From Candidatus Woesearchaeota archaeon (GTDB lineage Archaea > Nanobdellota > Nanobdellia > Pacearchaeales > GW2011-AR1), in NCBI GenBank assembly GCA_964355135.1, contig CAYHCG010000006.1, positions 9,453 to 73,452 of the forward strand: 64,000 nt of DNA. The letters run 5' to 3'. Under the pieces are notes generated by a model. That model was not told the DNA's origin and ran no database searches. It was given only the letters and a program-made list of their open reading frames with translations. Below are positions 9,980 through 18,836 of the stretch, in pieces (the first letter of the stretch is position 1; each line of letters begins with the position of its first letter). A program made the translations under genes and the position numbers.

Positions 9980-10921
9980 ATGGAACTAAAAGAAGCGCTA
10001 TGCGAAGAACTAATGAAGAAGAGCTATTCTGAACTGAAGGATGGAAGAAGAGTTTGGGATGTAGCAAATAGGAGTTTGCTCTACATGACTCCGGAATTAG
10101 TCAATACTTTCCTTAAAGTAAGAGAGCATCCTAGATATAAGAAGACTATTATTGAAATTGAAACTAAACTCTTAAAGCAAAATGCTGGAAAGTTTGCTAA
10201 AGAGCTAGAAAATACTCCTTTCAACTTGATTGATATGGGCTGTGAAGATGGGAGCAAGGCTAAAATATTTATTGAAGCCTTACAAGGAAAAGGAAATGTG
10301 AGATTCTGCTCTGTAAACGTAAGCAAGGCTCTTGCCGAGATGGCATCGAATAATTTAAAAAAGGCTGGCTTTAAGAACGTTACAGAATTTAAATCTCATG
10401 TTGCAGATTTCAAGTCTTTGTATGAAGTAGCTACAATGTTAAGAAGTGGAGATTATCAGAAGAACGCTATTTTACTGCTTGGATGGATCTTGTCAAGTTT
10501 TGAAATTCATGATTATTTATTTAACTTAAGCCAGGCAATGTTCAAAGGAGATATCCTTATGATAGGAAACGGCATAAGAATAGGAGAGAGATTTGTTAAT
10601 ATAGAAACTTACAGACATTCATTGTTCAAGGGATGGTTTGATCATTTAATAAGAGAACTCGGATTTAAAGAAAAAGAAGTAACGTATGATGCACGCTTTG
10701 CCAACGGAAGGGTTGAAGGATTTTATACACTAAAAGTAGGTAAAACTTTGACGTATAAAGGAAAGAAAATAGAATTGAGGAAAGGAGATGAGATAGTTGT
10801 TGCTTTCTTGTATAAGTATTTTGAGAAAGAACTTGAAGAATTCTGCAGAATGTACTTTAGAAGTGTTGAACTTGTTAAAGATGAAGATAGCGAATACGCT
10901 TTGATTATGTGCAGAAAGTAA
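9980..10921 (+). CDS. SAM-dependent methyltransferase, EgtD-like (Methyltransf_33-like) pattern
   Basis: LIDMGCEDGSKAKIFIEAL...RFCSVNVSKALAE parallels the ELGSGSS-K...LLEAL...Y.PVDIS pattern of histidine-specific methyltransferase-like proteins. Confidence 0.5.
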   Translation: MELKEALCEELMKKSYSELKDGRRVWDVANRSLLYMTPELVNTFLKVREHPRYKKTIIEIETKLLKQNAGKFAKELENTPFNLIDMGCEDGSKAKIFIEALQGKGNVRFCSVNVSKALAEMASNNLKKAGFKNVTEFKSHVADFKSLYEVATMLRSGDYQKNAILLLGWILSSFEIHDYLFNLSQAMFKGDILMIGNGIRIGERFVNIETYRHSLFKGWFDHLIRELGFKEKEVTYDARFANGRVEGFYTLKVGKTLTYKGKKIELRKGDEIVVAFLYKYFEKELEEFCRMYFRSVELVKDEDSEYALIMCRK

Positions 10922-10930
10922 AATTTGCCT

Positions 10931-11530
10931 ATGAAAAAATTATTAATTTTTGATTTTGATGGAGTACTTGAAGATACCTTCGACTGGAACTTTCGTGTTG
11001 CTAGGAAAAGGTATGCTAATTTAGATAAAGAGGAGTATAGGGGCTGGTTTGATGGAAATATCTATGAGCATCCTACTGTAAAAGCTGCAGGACCATTAAA
11101 TGTTATTGAATATTTTGAACAGTATAAAAAGGGTTTTGAGAGTAGGAAAGTAAAAAAGGAATTTACTGATATGCTTATTAAACTAAGAAGCAAGTATCAT
11201 TTAGTAATTATTTCTTCTATCGATGATGATATTATTAATCCATATTTAGAGAGAAATAAAATAAATCATCTTTTTGAAGAAGTCTGGGGGATAAAGAAAA
11301 AAACCAGCAAGGTTGAGAAATTCAAGGATTTTCTTAAGCTCTATAAGGTAAATAAGGACAAATGCTTGTTTATCACAGATACCTTAGGAGACATAAAAGA
11401 AGCTAACAAAGTCGGGATAAAAAGCATAGGAGTAACTTGGGGTTATCAAAACAAGGAAAGCCTGCTTAAGGGAAATCCTGTAAAAATTGTCGACTCTATT
11501 GAGGAATTAGAGAATTATCTACTGGCTTAA
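10931..11530 (+). CDS. HAD-superfamily hydrolase
   Basis: Motif I LLIFDFDGVLEDT. Downstream ISS and TDTLGDIKEANKVG motifs. Start set at the ATG at 10931. Confidence 0.8.
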   Translation: MKKLLIFDFDGVLEDTFDWNFRVARKRYANLDKEEYRGWFDGNIYEHPTVKAAGPLNVIEYFEQYKKGFESRKVKKEFTDMLIKLRSKYHLVIISSIDDDIINPYLERNKINHLFEEVWGIKKKTSKVEKFKDFLKLYKVNKDKCLFITDTLGDIKEANKVGIKSIGVTWGYQNKESLLKGNPVKIVDSIEELENYLLA

Positions 11531-11856
11531 TATATTCTAGCTGATTGAATCATTCTAGTGCCTGTGACTATGCCCCAGATCCAGGATATTAACATTAAAA
11601 CTCCGAAAGCAGCATAATAATAATAGAATTGTGGGAGATAATATGTATATGTGCCTATAGCGCCGATGAAGAATAGAATTATTTGCCAGACGCCTGCTTT
11701 TGTTTTTCCACCGATTAGACTGCCTAGCCCTGGAATAACTAGAAAGTTGAGTATTAAGGAGATTACTGCTAAACCCATAGAAGTATTATCCTTCTTCACA
11801 TCCTTGTGAGAAATTGTTGTAACTTTATACTTTGCTTTTTTTGATTTTTTTGCCAT
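11527..11856 (-). CDS. small membrane protein, TM2-domain-like
   Basis: Lys-rich N-terminus, then ISLILNFLVIPGLGSLIGGKTKAGVWQIILFFIG and a second helix ending WIWGIVTG. Confidence 0.5.
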   Translation of the reverse strand: MAKKSKKAKYKVTTISHKDVKKDNTSMGLAVISLILNFLVIPGLGSLIGGKTKAGVWQIILFFIGAIGTYTYYLPQFYYYYAAFGVLMLISWIWGIVTGTRMIQSARIY

Positions 11857-11918
11857 TTTCTCTCTTTTTTATAATTGAATTAAGAAAAAAGGATTTATAA
11901 ACCTGACGGGTTTTGTAT

Positions 11919-12230
11919 TTATTGTTTTTTCACAAATTTAAAATCTGGGAATGATTCTTCAAGACTTCCATTTTTTAATTTTGTTGCGAGATCACACTTT
12001 TTGGGATTTACTCTCAAGGTTAATGTGTTATCATGTTTGTCTCTTAAAGTTGTTTGGATAGTAAACCCTTCTCCTACGCTTTCATATCTCTTTCTTGATA
12101 AGCCGCCTTCGGTAACTTTTCCTTCAGTTGAAGAATAGCCCTGAGCTAATAAATATTCTCTGAAATCATCATGTACTTCGGCGACATACTCTGGATGATG
12201 CATGAAAAGTCTTGAGGCTTCTATTTTCAT
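11919..12230 (-). CDS. hypothetical protein
   Basis: 103-aa ORF with no motif recognised. Confidence 0.4.
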   Translation of the reverse strand: MKIEASRLFMHHPEYVAEVHDDFREYLLAQGYSSTEGKVTEGGLSRKRYESVGEGFTIQTTLRDKHDNTLTLRVNPKKCDLATKLKNGSLEESFPDFKFVKKQ

Positions 12231-12285
12231 TGGTTTATATTGAATAAATGGTTTTTAAGCATTGTTGCTTTACTTGAATTATATG

Positions 12286-12407
12286 TGATCTTGCTGGGAT
12301 TTGAACCCAGGACCCCCGCCTCTCTTCGACTTCTCGATGAGAATGTATGCTCTAATGAACATGCGTCATATAAGAGCGGTGCTCTAACCAGGCTGAGCTA
12401 CAAGATC
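12286..12407 (-). tRNA. intron-containing tRNA, anticodon read as UAU (tRNA-Ile); 47-nt intron at 37/38 (plus-strand 12322-12368)
   Basis: Hand fold with acceptor GAUCUUG/CAAGAUC (7 perfect bp), D arm GCUC...GAGC and T arm CUGGG-UUCAAAU-CCCAG. The anticodon stem CCGCU/GGCGG has mature loop CUUAUAA. The intron junctions sit in 3-nt bulges flanking a short helix (BHB-like). Confidence 0.75.
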
Positions 12408-12466
12408 AGAAATGGGGAGAAAATAAGATATTTAAAGTTTGGTTTTCTTGTTTTTATAGCTTATTT

Positions 12467-13717
12467 TCAATTAGAGTTGAATTCTAAGGTTTCTCTCATT
12501 TGAGGAAGATATTTTTTAGCTTCATTATCTAAGAATGCTATTGCTTGATCTCTTTTTGCATAGAGTCTTTGAGGTTCTCTAAGGAAGCCTCTTGTTTGGG
12601 GAACATTAGCAAAGAGTTTTTCTATATCTCCGTTATATACTCCTTTTAAGGCATCTTCATATAATGCTCTTTCCCAAAGAATTGAATGAGCTATTGTGCT
12701 CATGACCATAGTATAATCTACAGGAACCGAAACTGTTAGTGCATCTTTTTGTAGTTTGCCCCAACTTATTGCTTCTGAAGGAGGGCAGCTTGCAAGACTT
12801 CCTTCAGTTACGGGAGCGGTTGTAAATTGGACACCGATCTGATATTTTTTAGTTGGAATACATAAGATCTGTTCTAGAGCAGGTTCGGGCTGCAATAGAT
12901 AATTTTTAACTGCTCCTCCGCCGCATACAATATATGCCAATTCTCCATTTCCTTCATTTTCCTGACACCATTTATGGAATGCACAGAACTCATATACATC
13001 TTGCTGTAAATCAATTCTCATCTTAGGTTCTCTTCCTTCTAGTCTATCCATTAATGATAGTTTTACAGCATTAAGAAAAGTTGAACCGTCTGCTGGAGAT
13101 GGACAGAAGCCAGGCACATCATATGCAAATGCGGTTGCAGTTAATCCATGAGAGATATTTCTTTTTTCTTCCAGAGCATGCAGATATTTTCCAATATTGT
13201 TACGGTATTCTGTAGTTGTAAGGCTCTTTTGCATTTCGGGTTGATTAAGAACATGAGTCATGAATCTGTCTGTGTTAAATAAAACGCTTTCAGGGAAACC
13301 TATATCTGTAATTCTTATTATTTGAGCATCTCGGTATTCTCCGTCATCTCCTTGTATATCTACATCGTATATTTTTCTTTCGCCTTCTACTGCGTCATGA
13401 GCATCATGGTAAGAAATTGCATCAGATGCTGAAAAAGCGGAGATATATCCTTTTTCTAAAAATGGAACTAACCAGACTCTAGCGTAATCTGAAGCAGTGA
13501 TTGGTCCTGCTATTGCTGCAAAAATAGTATAATTGTCTCCAATTGCTTTTCTTATTAATTGATATGCTGTTCGGAGAAGCTTTCCTCCGAAAGCAGGATG
13601 TCCTCGCATCATAACTGTGTTCATACTTTCTCTTCCTGTTAGAGGTGTTCCTTGAGCAATACTGCCAAATAATTTTCTTTGATGTTCTTCTATTTCTCTT
13701 TCTAGATCAGCACTCAT
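12467..13717 (-). CDS. deoxyhypusine synthase family protein (divergent, long)
   Basis: IFAAIAGPITASD...GYISAFSASDAISYHD, VPGFCPSPADGSTF and CGGGAVKNY parallel the DHS motifs (G.t.n.isSG...vd.ivtTaG, iPvfCPa.tDGS, iGGGv.KH). Confidence 0.6.
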   Translation of the reverse strand: MSADLEREIEEHQRKLFGSIAQGTPLTGRESMNTVMMRGHPAFGGKLLRTAYQLIRKAIGDNYTIFAAIAGPITASDYARVWLVPFLEKGYISAFSASDAISYHDAHDAVEGERKIYDVDIQGDDGEYRDAQIIRITDIGFPESVLFNTDRFMTHVLNQPEMQKSLTTTEYRNNIGKYLHALEEKRNISHGLTATAFAYDVPGFCPSPADGSTFLNAVKLSLMDRLEGREPKMRIDLQQDVYEFCAFHKWCQENEGNGELAYIVCGGGAVKNYLLQPEPALEQILCIPTKKYQIGVQFTTAPVTEGSLASCPPSEAISWGKLQKDALTVSVPVDYTMVMSTIAHSILWERALYEDALKGVYNGDIEKLFANVPQTRGFLREPQRLYAKRDQAIAFLDNEAKKYLPQMRETLEFNSN

Positions 13718-13804
13718 TTTTTTATTTCCCTATTGTTATATTAAAGCATATGTATACTAAATGGAAATAATTAAATTTATTAAGTTTTATATGAATTTAG
13801 TATT

Positions 13805-14389
13805 ATGATAATTGGGGTAAGTGGGCCTATTGCGGCTGGGACAGATAGTGTGGCGGCCATATTAGTTGAACAAGGATTTAAGTGGTTTTCTTTTTCTGAT
13901 GTATTAAGAGAAGAGGCTAAACTGCGAGGACTAGAGATAAATAGGAAAGCTTTGCAAGATTTGGGAGATGAGTTGAGAAAAACCGGAGGGACTGGAGCTA
14001 TTGCTAAGAAAATAATGGAACAGTTTGTGGAAGGCGAAAACTATGTTGTAGGCAATATCAGAAACCCGGGAGAAGTAGAAGAATTAAAAAAATTAAATGA
14101 TTTTTTTCTTATTAAGGTTGATGCATCTTTAGAAATCAGATTTGAAAGAATTAAATCTCGCAAGAGAGATGATGACGTGCTTGACTTTTCTGAGTTTAAA
14201 AAAGTTGAAGAAAGAGACTTAGGAATTGGACAGGAAGAACATGGTCAGAGACATGCAGATGTTTTTGAATTGGCAGACTTTGAAATTATTAATGAAGGAA
14301 CAGAAGAAGATTTAAGAAAAGAGATAGAAGCTATTCTTTCATTAATAAAGAGAATGCAGCACGCAATGTCGAGAACTGAAAGTTCTTGA
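13805..14389 (+). CDS. P-loop nucleotide-kinase-like protein with degenerate Walker A
   Basis: MIIGVSGPIAAGTDS sits where GxxxxGK[ST] is expected. Kinase-like length and layout. Paralogous to 14503..15057. The last 8 codons and the stop lie inside the hairpin element. Confidence 0.5.
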   Translation: MIIGVSGPIAAGTDSVAAILVEQGFKWFSFSDVLREEAKLRGLEINRKALQDLGDELRKTGGTGAIAKKIMEQFVEGENYVVGNIRNPGEVEELKKLNDFFLIKVDASLEIRFERIKSRKRDDDVLDFSEFKKVEERDLGIGQEEHGQRHADVFELADFEIINEGTEEDLRKEIEAILSLIKRMQHAMSRTESS

Positions 14390-14465
14390 GCACAACAAAG
14401 ATGCAATCTTTGTGCCGTCAAAATATCAAATATTTTGAGGTGATCAAGATACGCATATCTTGACA
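14367..14465. repeat. four-hairpin palindromic element, copy A (MITE/REP-like)
   Basis: The element is TGTCGAGAAC..GTTCTTGA, GCACA(ACA)AAGA..TCTTTGTGC, TCAAAATAT..ATATTTTGA and TCAAGATA..TATCTTGA-CA. Its ends TGTCGAGA and TCTTGACA form an imperfect inverted repeat (one G-U position). A second copy lies at 32356..32453. Confidence 0.7.
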
Positions 14466-14502
14466 TATAAAGTTTTAAAAGCTAGGATTTTATCGTGATT
14501 TT

Positions 14503-15057
14503 ATGATACTAGGATTTACCGGGACACTTGTTTCTGGAAAAGGGACTGCATCTAAAATATTAAGAGACGAATACGGTATGCAGATTCTATCGTTTTCCGA
14601 CGAAGTAAGGAAATTTATTAATGAAGACCTTACAAATAGGGGGCCAGTTGATAGAGAAAAGATGCAGTTTTGGGGAAATGAAGTAAGAAGCCAGTATCGG
14701 ATAGATTTCTGGGAGGAACGACTTTTTCCACAGATAGAGAAGAGATATTCTCAAGTGGTTGATAGTTTCAAATACACTGATCAAATTAAAAATTTTATGA
14801 GTAAATATGATCCATTTATATTAATAGCTTTTGATGCTGACCCTGAACTAAGATTTAAATGGATGAGGGAGAGAAATAGACCTGGAGATCCAGAAACTTG
14901 GAACGAATTTCTTGAAGCTGATCGTGTTGATAAGGAAGGATATAAGGAAGGGATCGGACAAAATACAAAGGGATGTATGGAAATAGCGGATTATAAAATA
15001 TATAATAATGGAAGTATAGATGATTTAGCAAGAAAAGTAAGAGAGTTAATATTTTAG
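14503..15057 (+). CDS. P-loop nucleotide-kinase-like protein (dephospho-CoA/dNMP kinase-like)
   Basis: MILGFTGTLVSGKGTAS is Walker-A-like. 184 aa. Paralog of the upstream gene. Confidence 0.5.
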   Translation: MILGFTGTLVSGKGTASKILRDEYGMQILSFSDEVRKFINEDLTNRGPVDREKMQFWGNEVRSQYRIDFWEERLFPQIEKRYSQVVDSFKYTDQIKNFMSKYDPFILIAFDADPELRFKWMRERNRPGDPETWNEFLEADRVDKEGYKEGIGQNTKGCMEIADYKIYNNGSIDDLARKVRELIF

Positions 15058-15099
15058 GAAAATGGCTAAATTTATTAAGCATCACTTTTTTGAGTTGTT

Positions 15100-16293
15100 A
15101 TGTTAATAGGATTAGTTGGTAGGCCTAATACTGGAAAAAGCACATTATTCAAAGCAGCGACTTTGTCTGATATCTTAATTGCAAATTATCCTTTCGCAAC
15201 AATAAAGCCAAACCACGCGATGGGTTACGTTAAGATATTGGATCTTGCGCCTGATTTTGGAAAAGTAAGTAATCCTCGCGAAGGTTTTGTAAAAGACGGA
15301 GAAGGAGTAAAGGGCAAATGGAGATTTGTGCCTTTTGATTTGATTGATGTTGCAGGTTTAGTTGAAGGGGCTAGTGAAGGAAAAGGCTTAGGTAATGAAT
15401 TTCTAAATGATTTATCTGGAGCGAATGCATTTATTCAGGTTGTTGACATGTCCGGAGAGACAGATGCTGAAGGCAAGCCAACTGAAGGCCATTATCCTGG
15501 AAAAGATATCAGTGTGATTGAAAGGGAACTGGATTTGTGGTATAAAGGAATATTAACAAAAGTCTGGAAGACTTTTGCAAGGACTCTAGAGATGAAAAAA
15601 GAGAATTTTGCTGAAGCTATAGCAAAACAATTTTCAGGACTGAAAGTTAGTGCAGATGATGTAAAACATGTTGTTATCTATGCAAAGTTTGACGCAGAGA
15701 AACCAACACTGTGGAATGATGGAGAAGTTTTTAGATTTGCTAGGGAATTACGTAAATTTACAAAACCTATGATTATTGCAGCAAATAAAATGGACAGAGA
15801 AATGTCCAAGGAAAATCTGAAGAGACTTAAAGAGGATTATAATTATCCAATTGTTCCATGTTTTGCAGACGGAGAATTAGCTTTGCGGGAAGCGGACAGA
15901 GCAGGCCTTATCGAATATTTGCCTGGGGATAATGACTTTAAAATTTTGAAACAGTTAAACGAAAAACAAAGTGAAGCGCTAGAAAAAATAAGATTATTTC
16001 TTAAAGAATTTGGAAGTACGGGAGTGCAGGAAATTCTCAATAAAGTAGTATTTGATGTTTTGAAATATATTTCAATATTTCCTGCTGGAGATAAGTTAGC
16101 TGACTCTAAAGGAAATGTTTTACCTGATTGTTTTTTGATGCCCCCTAATTCAACCGCACTCGATTTTGCCTATAAATTACATAGCGATATAGGAAAGAAT
16201 TTTATTAAAGCAATTCATATTAAAAGTAAGAAAGCTGTGGGCAAAGATTATGTTCTACAGCATCGAGACGGGCTAGAAATTATGGTAAAATAA
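15100..16293 (+). CDS. Obg/YchF-family GTPase with C-terminal TGS-like domain
   Basis: G1 GLVGRPNTGKST, G2 YPFATIKPN, G3 DVAGLV, G4 ANKMD. C-terminal VLQHRDGLEIMV is TGS-like. Confidence 0.85.
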   Translation: MLIGLVGRPNTGKSTLFKAATLSDILIANYPFATIKPNHAMGYVKILDLAPDFGKVSNPREGFVKDGEGVKGKWRFVPFDLIDVAGLVEGASEGKGLGNEFLNDLSGANAFIQVVDMSGETDAEGKPTEGHYPGKDISVIERELDLWYKGILTKVWKTFARTLEMKKENFAEAIAKQFSGLKVSADDVKHVVIYAKFDAEKPTLWNDGEVFRFARELRKFTKPMIIAANKMDREMSKENLKRLKEDYNYPIVPCFADGELALREADRAGLIEYLPGDNDFKILKQLNEKQSEALEKIRLFLKEFGSTGVQEILNKVVFDVLKYISIFPAGDKLADSKGNVLPDCFLMPPNSTALDFAYKLHSDIGKNFIKAIHIKSKKAVGKDYVLQHRDGLEIMVK

Positions 16294-16327
16294 TAAGAAT
16301 TAAATATAGGAAATACATTTTTAACTC

Positions 16328-16483
16328 ATGAAAGATGGTTATCCTATTGATGCGAAAGCAAAGATTAAATCTAATGGGGAAGCAGATTTGTCAGAAATAT
16401 TTGGTTCTCTTAAACCTAAAAGAAAAATGTCTGGTCAGGAATTTAAAGATTTGGCTAGAGAAGGATGGAAAGATAATTTTTAA
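16328..16483 (+). CDS. possible 51-aa small protein
   Basis: An ATG..TAA ORF below the track cutoff (MKDGYPIDAKAK...AREGWKDNF). No further support. Confidence 0.2.
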   Translation: MKDGYPIDAKAKIKSNGEADLSEIFGSLKPKRKMSGQEFKDLAREGWKDNF

Positions 16484-16523
16484 TTTTGGCCGCTTATTCT
16501 AACGAAAAAATAGCTGCAATGGG

Positions 16524-16589
16524 TTGTGAGGCGCGAAGCGCCGAACGCGCTGGACATTCTGAATGTTATCTGCTTAAAAGTTCTCACAA
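16524..16589. ncRNA. candidate structured RNA (GC-rich three-way junction), strand unknown
   Basis: Closing stem TTGTGAG/CTCACAA encloses hairpins GGCGC-GAA-GCGCC (16530-16542) and ACATTC-T-GAATGT (16554-16566). It is a local GC island between convergent genes. Confidence 0.3.
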
Positions 16590-16636
16590 GGAGGATTAGG
16601 CGAAGCTAGATGCAAGATCTATTCTATTAAGAAAGA

Positions 16637-17395
16637 TTATTTCTCTGCAATTTTCCACAAATTATCAAAGTATTGTACAAAAGAATCCGCTGCCTCTTTA
16701 CTCTTTATTCTTATTACTAGTGGTTGCTCGTTGAGTATTATTATGGATACTACTTCTTTATAGATCATTATCTCACTTGGAGTGGATTGTTTTAGAAATC
16801 TTATCTCATAGTTCTTATTTTTCATAAAGAAATTGATTCTTTCTTTTCTATTTTTTACTCCTTCATTGAAGATAATTTTTGTAATTATTCCTTTTTTTGC
16901 TCTAGCTGTTGAATATTTTAAGAAGAATTCATCTGCTCTTTCCTCATTCTTCCCTATGTTTGCGCCGAATATATAATTTTCATCTCCCTTTTTACAGTCA
17001 TCTAATAGATCTTCAAAAACTGTTTTTAGGCCGTTCCATCCAGTAAAGACTTCTACATTAACTTTTTCATTATTATTTTGATAATTAGAAATAAGTTCTG
17101 GTAGCAATGAGTGAATTATCTCTTCTTCTTTTTTTATTTCACTTTCTTTTTGTTTTACAAAATCCAATAATCTATTAGGATTTGCAGCTTTAAAATGAGC
17201 AATGCCGTTTTTCTCTATTTTGGAAATAATACCTTTTTCTATAAGTCTATTGGTTATATCATATATATTTGACGGAGCTATTCTTGCTTCTTTTGCTAAG
17301 AGAGTTTTTGTGCTTTCTCCTATTTTTAATAATGCTCCGTACACTTTTATTTCCCCTTCTGTTAACCCTATTTTCTTTAAGTTATGTAATTGCAT
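16637..17395 (-). CDS. TrmB-family transcriptional regulator
   Basis: The N-terminal winged HTH LGLTEGEIKVYGALLKIGESTKTLLAKEARIAPSNIYDITNRLIEKGI is typical of TrmB. 252 aa. Confidence 0.85.
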   Translation of the reverse strand: MQLHNLKKIGLTEGEIKVYGALLKIGESTKTLLAKEARIAPSNIYDITNRLIEKGIISKIEKNGIAHFKAANPNRLLDFVKQKESEIKKEEEIIHSLLPELISNYQNNNEKVNVEVFTGWNGLKTVFEDLLDDCKKGDENYIFGANIGKNEERADEFFLKYSTARAKKGIITKIIFNEGVKNRKERINFFMKNKNYEIRFLKQSTPSEIMIYKEVVSIIILNEQPLVIRIKSKEAADSFVQYFDNLWKIAEK

Positions 17396-17537
17396 TATTT
17401 TAATTTGTAATTCTGCTATTTAATTCTTTCTAAGTAGTCCTGCACAAGGACACCTAAATTTAAGAATATATTATTTGCGTAGTTTATTATGAAAGAACAA
17501 AAAATTAACCTAGAAATGAAAGGAGACTTATATTACC

Positions 17538-18029
17538 ATGGCTGAAGATAGTGAGAATTCCCCTAGAACTTTCCTTATTTCACATTATATTGTCTTACCT
17601 GGAGCAGGTAACACAAGAATGCTCAGAGCGAGAATCCTAGGCGGAGATGCGAAAACAGTTATAGATCACGATACTAGAAAGTGGGGCGATGAAGCTCTTG
17701 ATTGCGGAGATATATTTGGATTGGTATGGCATCTTTCTGAGAATAAAATCATTTATAGAGATGAAGATATCATCCGGAGAGAAGGATTGGACATAGGCTC
17801 TTATAATAAAGACATATTGGAGTTAGTCGCAAAAGCACGAGGAAGAACTGGGCCTCCGCTCTATATTCCGACTCCTGAAGGTGAAATGGCGGCAGGGGAT
17901 TATCGGAATGGATATTATTATGCTCTTCCTGGAAGAGGTATGAGTGTTTTTAGAGATATGTTTTATGCGGCATCTCGAGGACGTAATCAATTTGGCTATT
18001 CACGTACAGATTCTAAGGATTTATTATAG
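17538..18029 (+). CDS. hypothetical protein
   Basis: 163-aa ORF with no motif recognised. Confidence 0.45.
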   Translation: MAEDSENSPRTFLISHYIVLPGAGNTRMLRARILGGDAKTVIDHDTRKWGDEALDCGDIFGLVWHLSENKIIYRDEDIIRREGLDIGSYNKDILELVAKARGRTGPPLYIPTPEGEMAAGDYRNGYYYALPGRGMSVFRDMFYAASRGRNQFGYSRTDSKDLL

Positions 18030-18054
18030 TAATATTTATAAAAAGTAAGAATTA

Positions 18055-18624
18055 GTGAAGGAAATGAAGACAAGAGAGGAAGCGCTGGCATTATTGAATG
18101 AATGGGTGAAGAGCGATAGTTTGAGAAAACATTCTTTGGCGGTTGCAGCTGCAATGGAAGGATACGCCACTAAATTTGATGTCGATCTTGATGATATTGA
18201 TGTATGGTGGATGACTGGCCTTTTGCATGATATGGATTATGAGAAATTTCCAGATATTAATGTGCATCCTATAATGGGTTGTAAGGAACTTCGAAAGAAA
18301 GAATATGACGAAAGAATTTTAGAAGCAATTTTAGGCCATAATTCAAAAACAGGAATAAAAAGATATAGTAAAATGGCTAAAGCACTTTTTGCTGTAGATG
18401 AATTATCTGGATTGATAACTGCTTTAGCGAAAGTGAGGCCTGATAATTTTGCAGGGATGAATGCAGACAGCGTAAGAAAGGTAATGAAGAAAACGGATTT
18501 TGCTGCTGCGATAAACCGGCAGGATATTGAACAAGGAATTGCAGAACTAGAAGTTAATGAGAATGAACATTTTGAACTAGTTATCTCTTCTCTGAATAAC
18601 GTTAAAGAGGATTTAGGATTTTAA
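18055..18624 (+). CDS. HD-domain phosphohydrolase
   Basis: H...HD pattern (LRKHSLAVAA...GLLHDMDYEK) in a 189-aa protein. Confidence 0.8.
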   Translation: MKEMKTREEALALLNEWVKSDSLRKHSLAVAAAMEGYATKFDVDLDDIDVWWMTGLLHDMDYEKFPDINVHPIMGCKELRKKEYDERILEAILGHNSKTGIKRYSKMAKALFAVDELSGLITALAKVRPDNFAGMNADSVRKVMKKTDFAAAINRQDIEQGIAELEVNENEHFELVISSLNNVKEDLGF

Positions 18625-18785
18625 TGTTTAGAAAAGCTTTTTAGAAATTTTTCTTCATATTGACTTAATATGCTCTCTTTTATTTCTTTTTGAGTTAACT
18701 TCTTTTTTAATTTTGGGCCACTAAAAAAATCTTCTATAAATTCTTCTATTTTGTCTTTTTTTAACTCCATTATCTTCTTATTCAT
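18621..18785 (-). CDS. possible 54-aa Lys/Glu-rich small protein
   Basis: Minus-strand ATG..TAA ORF (MNKKIMELKKDKIEEF...) filling the gap. Below the track cutoff. No other support. Confidence 0.2.
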   Translation of the reverse strand: MNKKIMELKKDKIEEFIEDFFSGPKLKKKLTQKEIKESILSQYEEKFLKSFSKH

Positions 18786-18836
18786 GGCTAATAATCAATT
18801 AACAAACTTTATAATCTTTTCATCTTTATCTCAAGA

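Noticed and set aside
12240-12503. 87-aa plus-strand ORF
   Set aside because: It overlaps the intron-containing tRNA on the opposite strand and the end of the DHS-like gene. It is best explained as a chance ORF.
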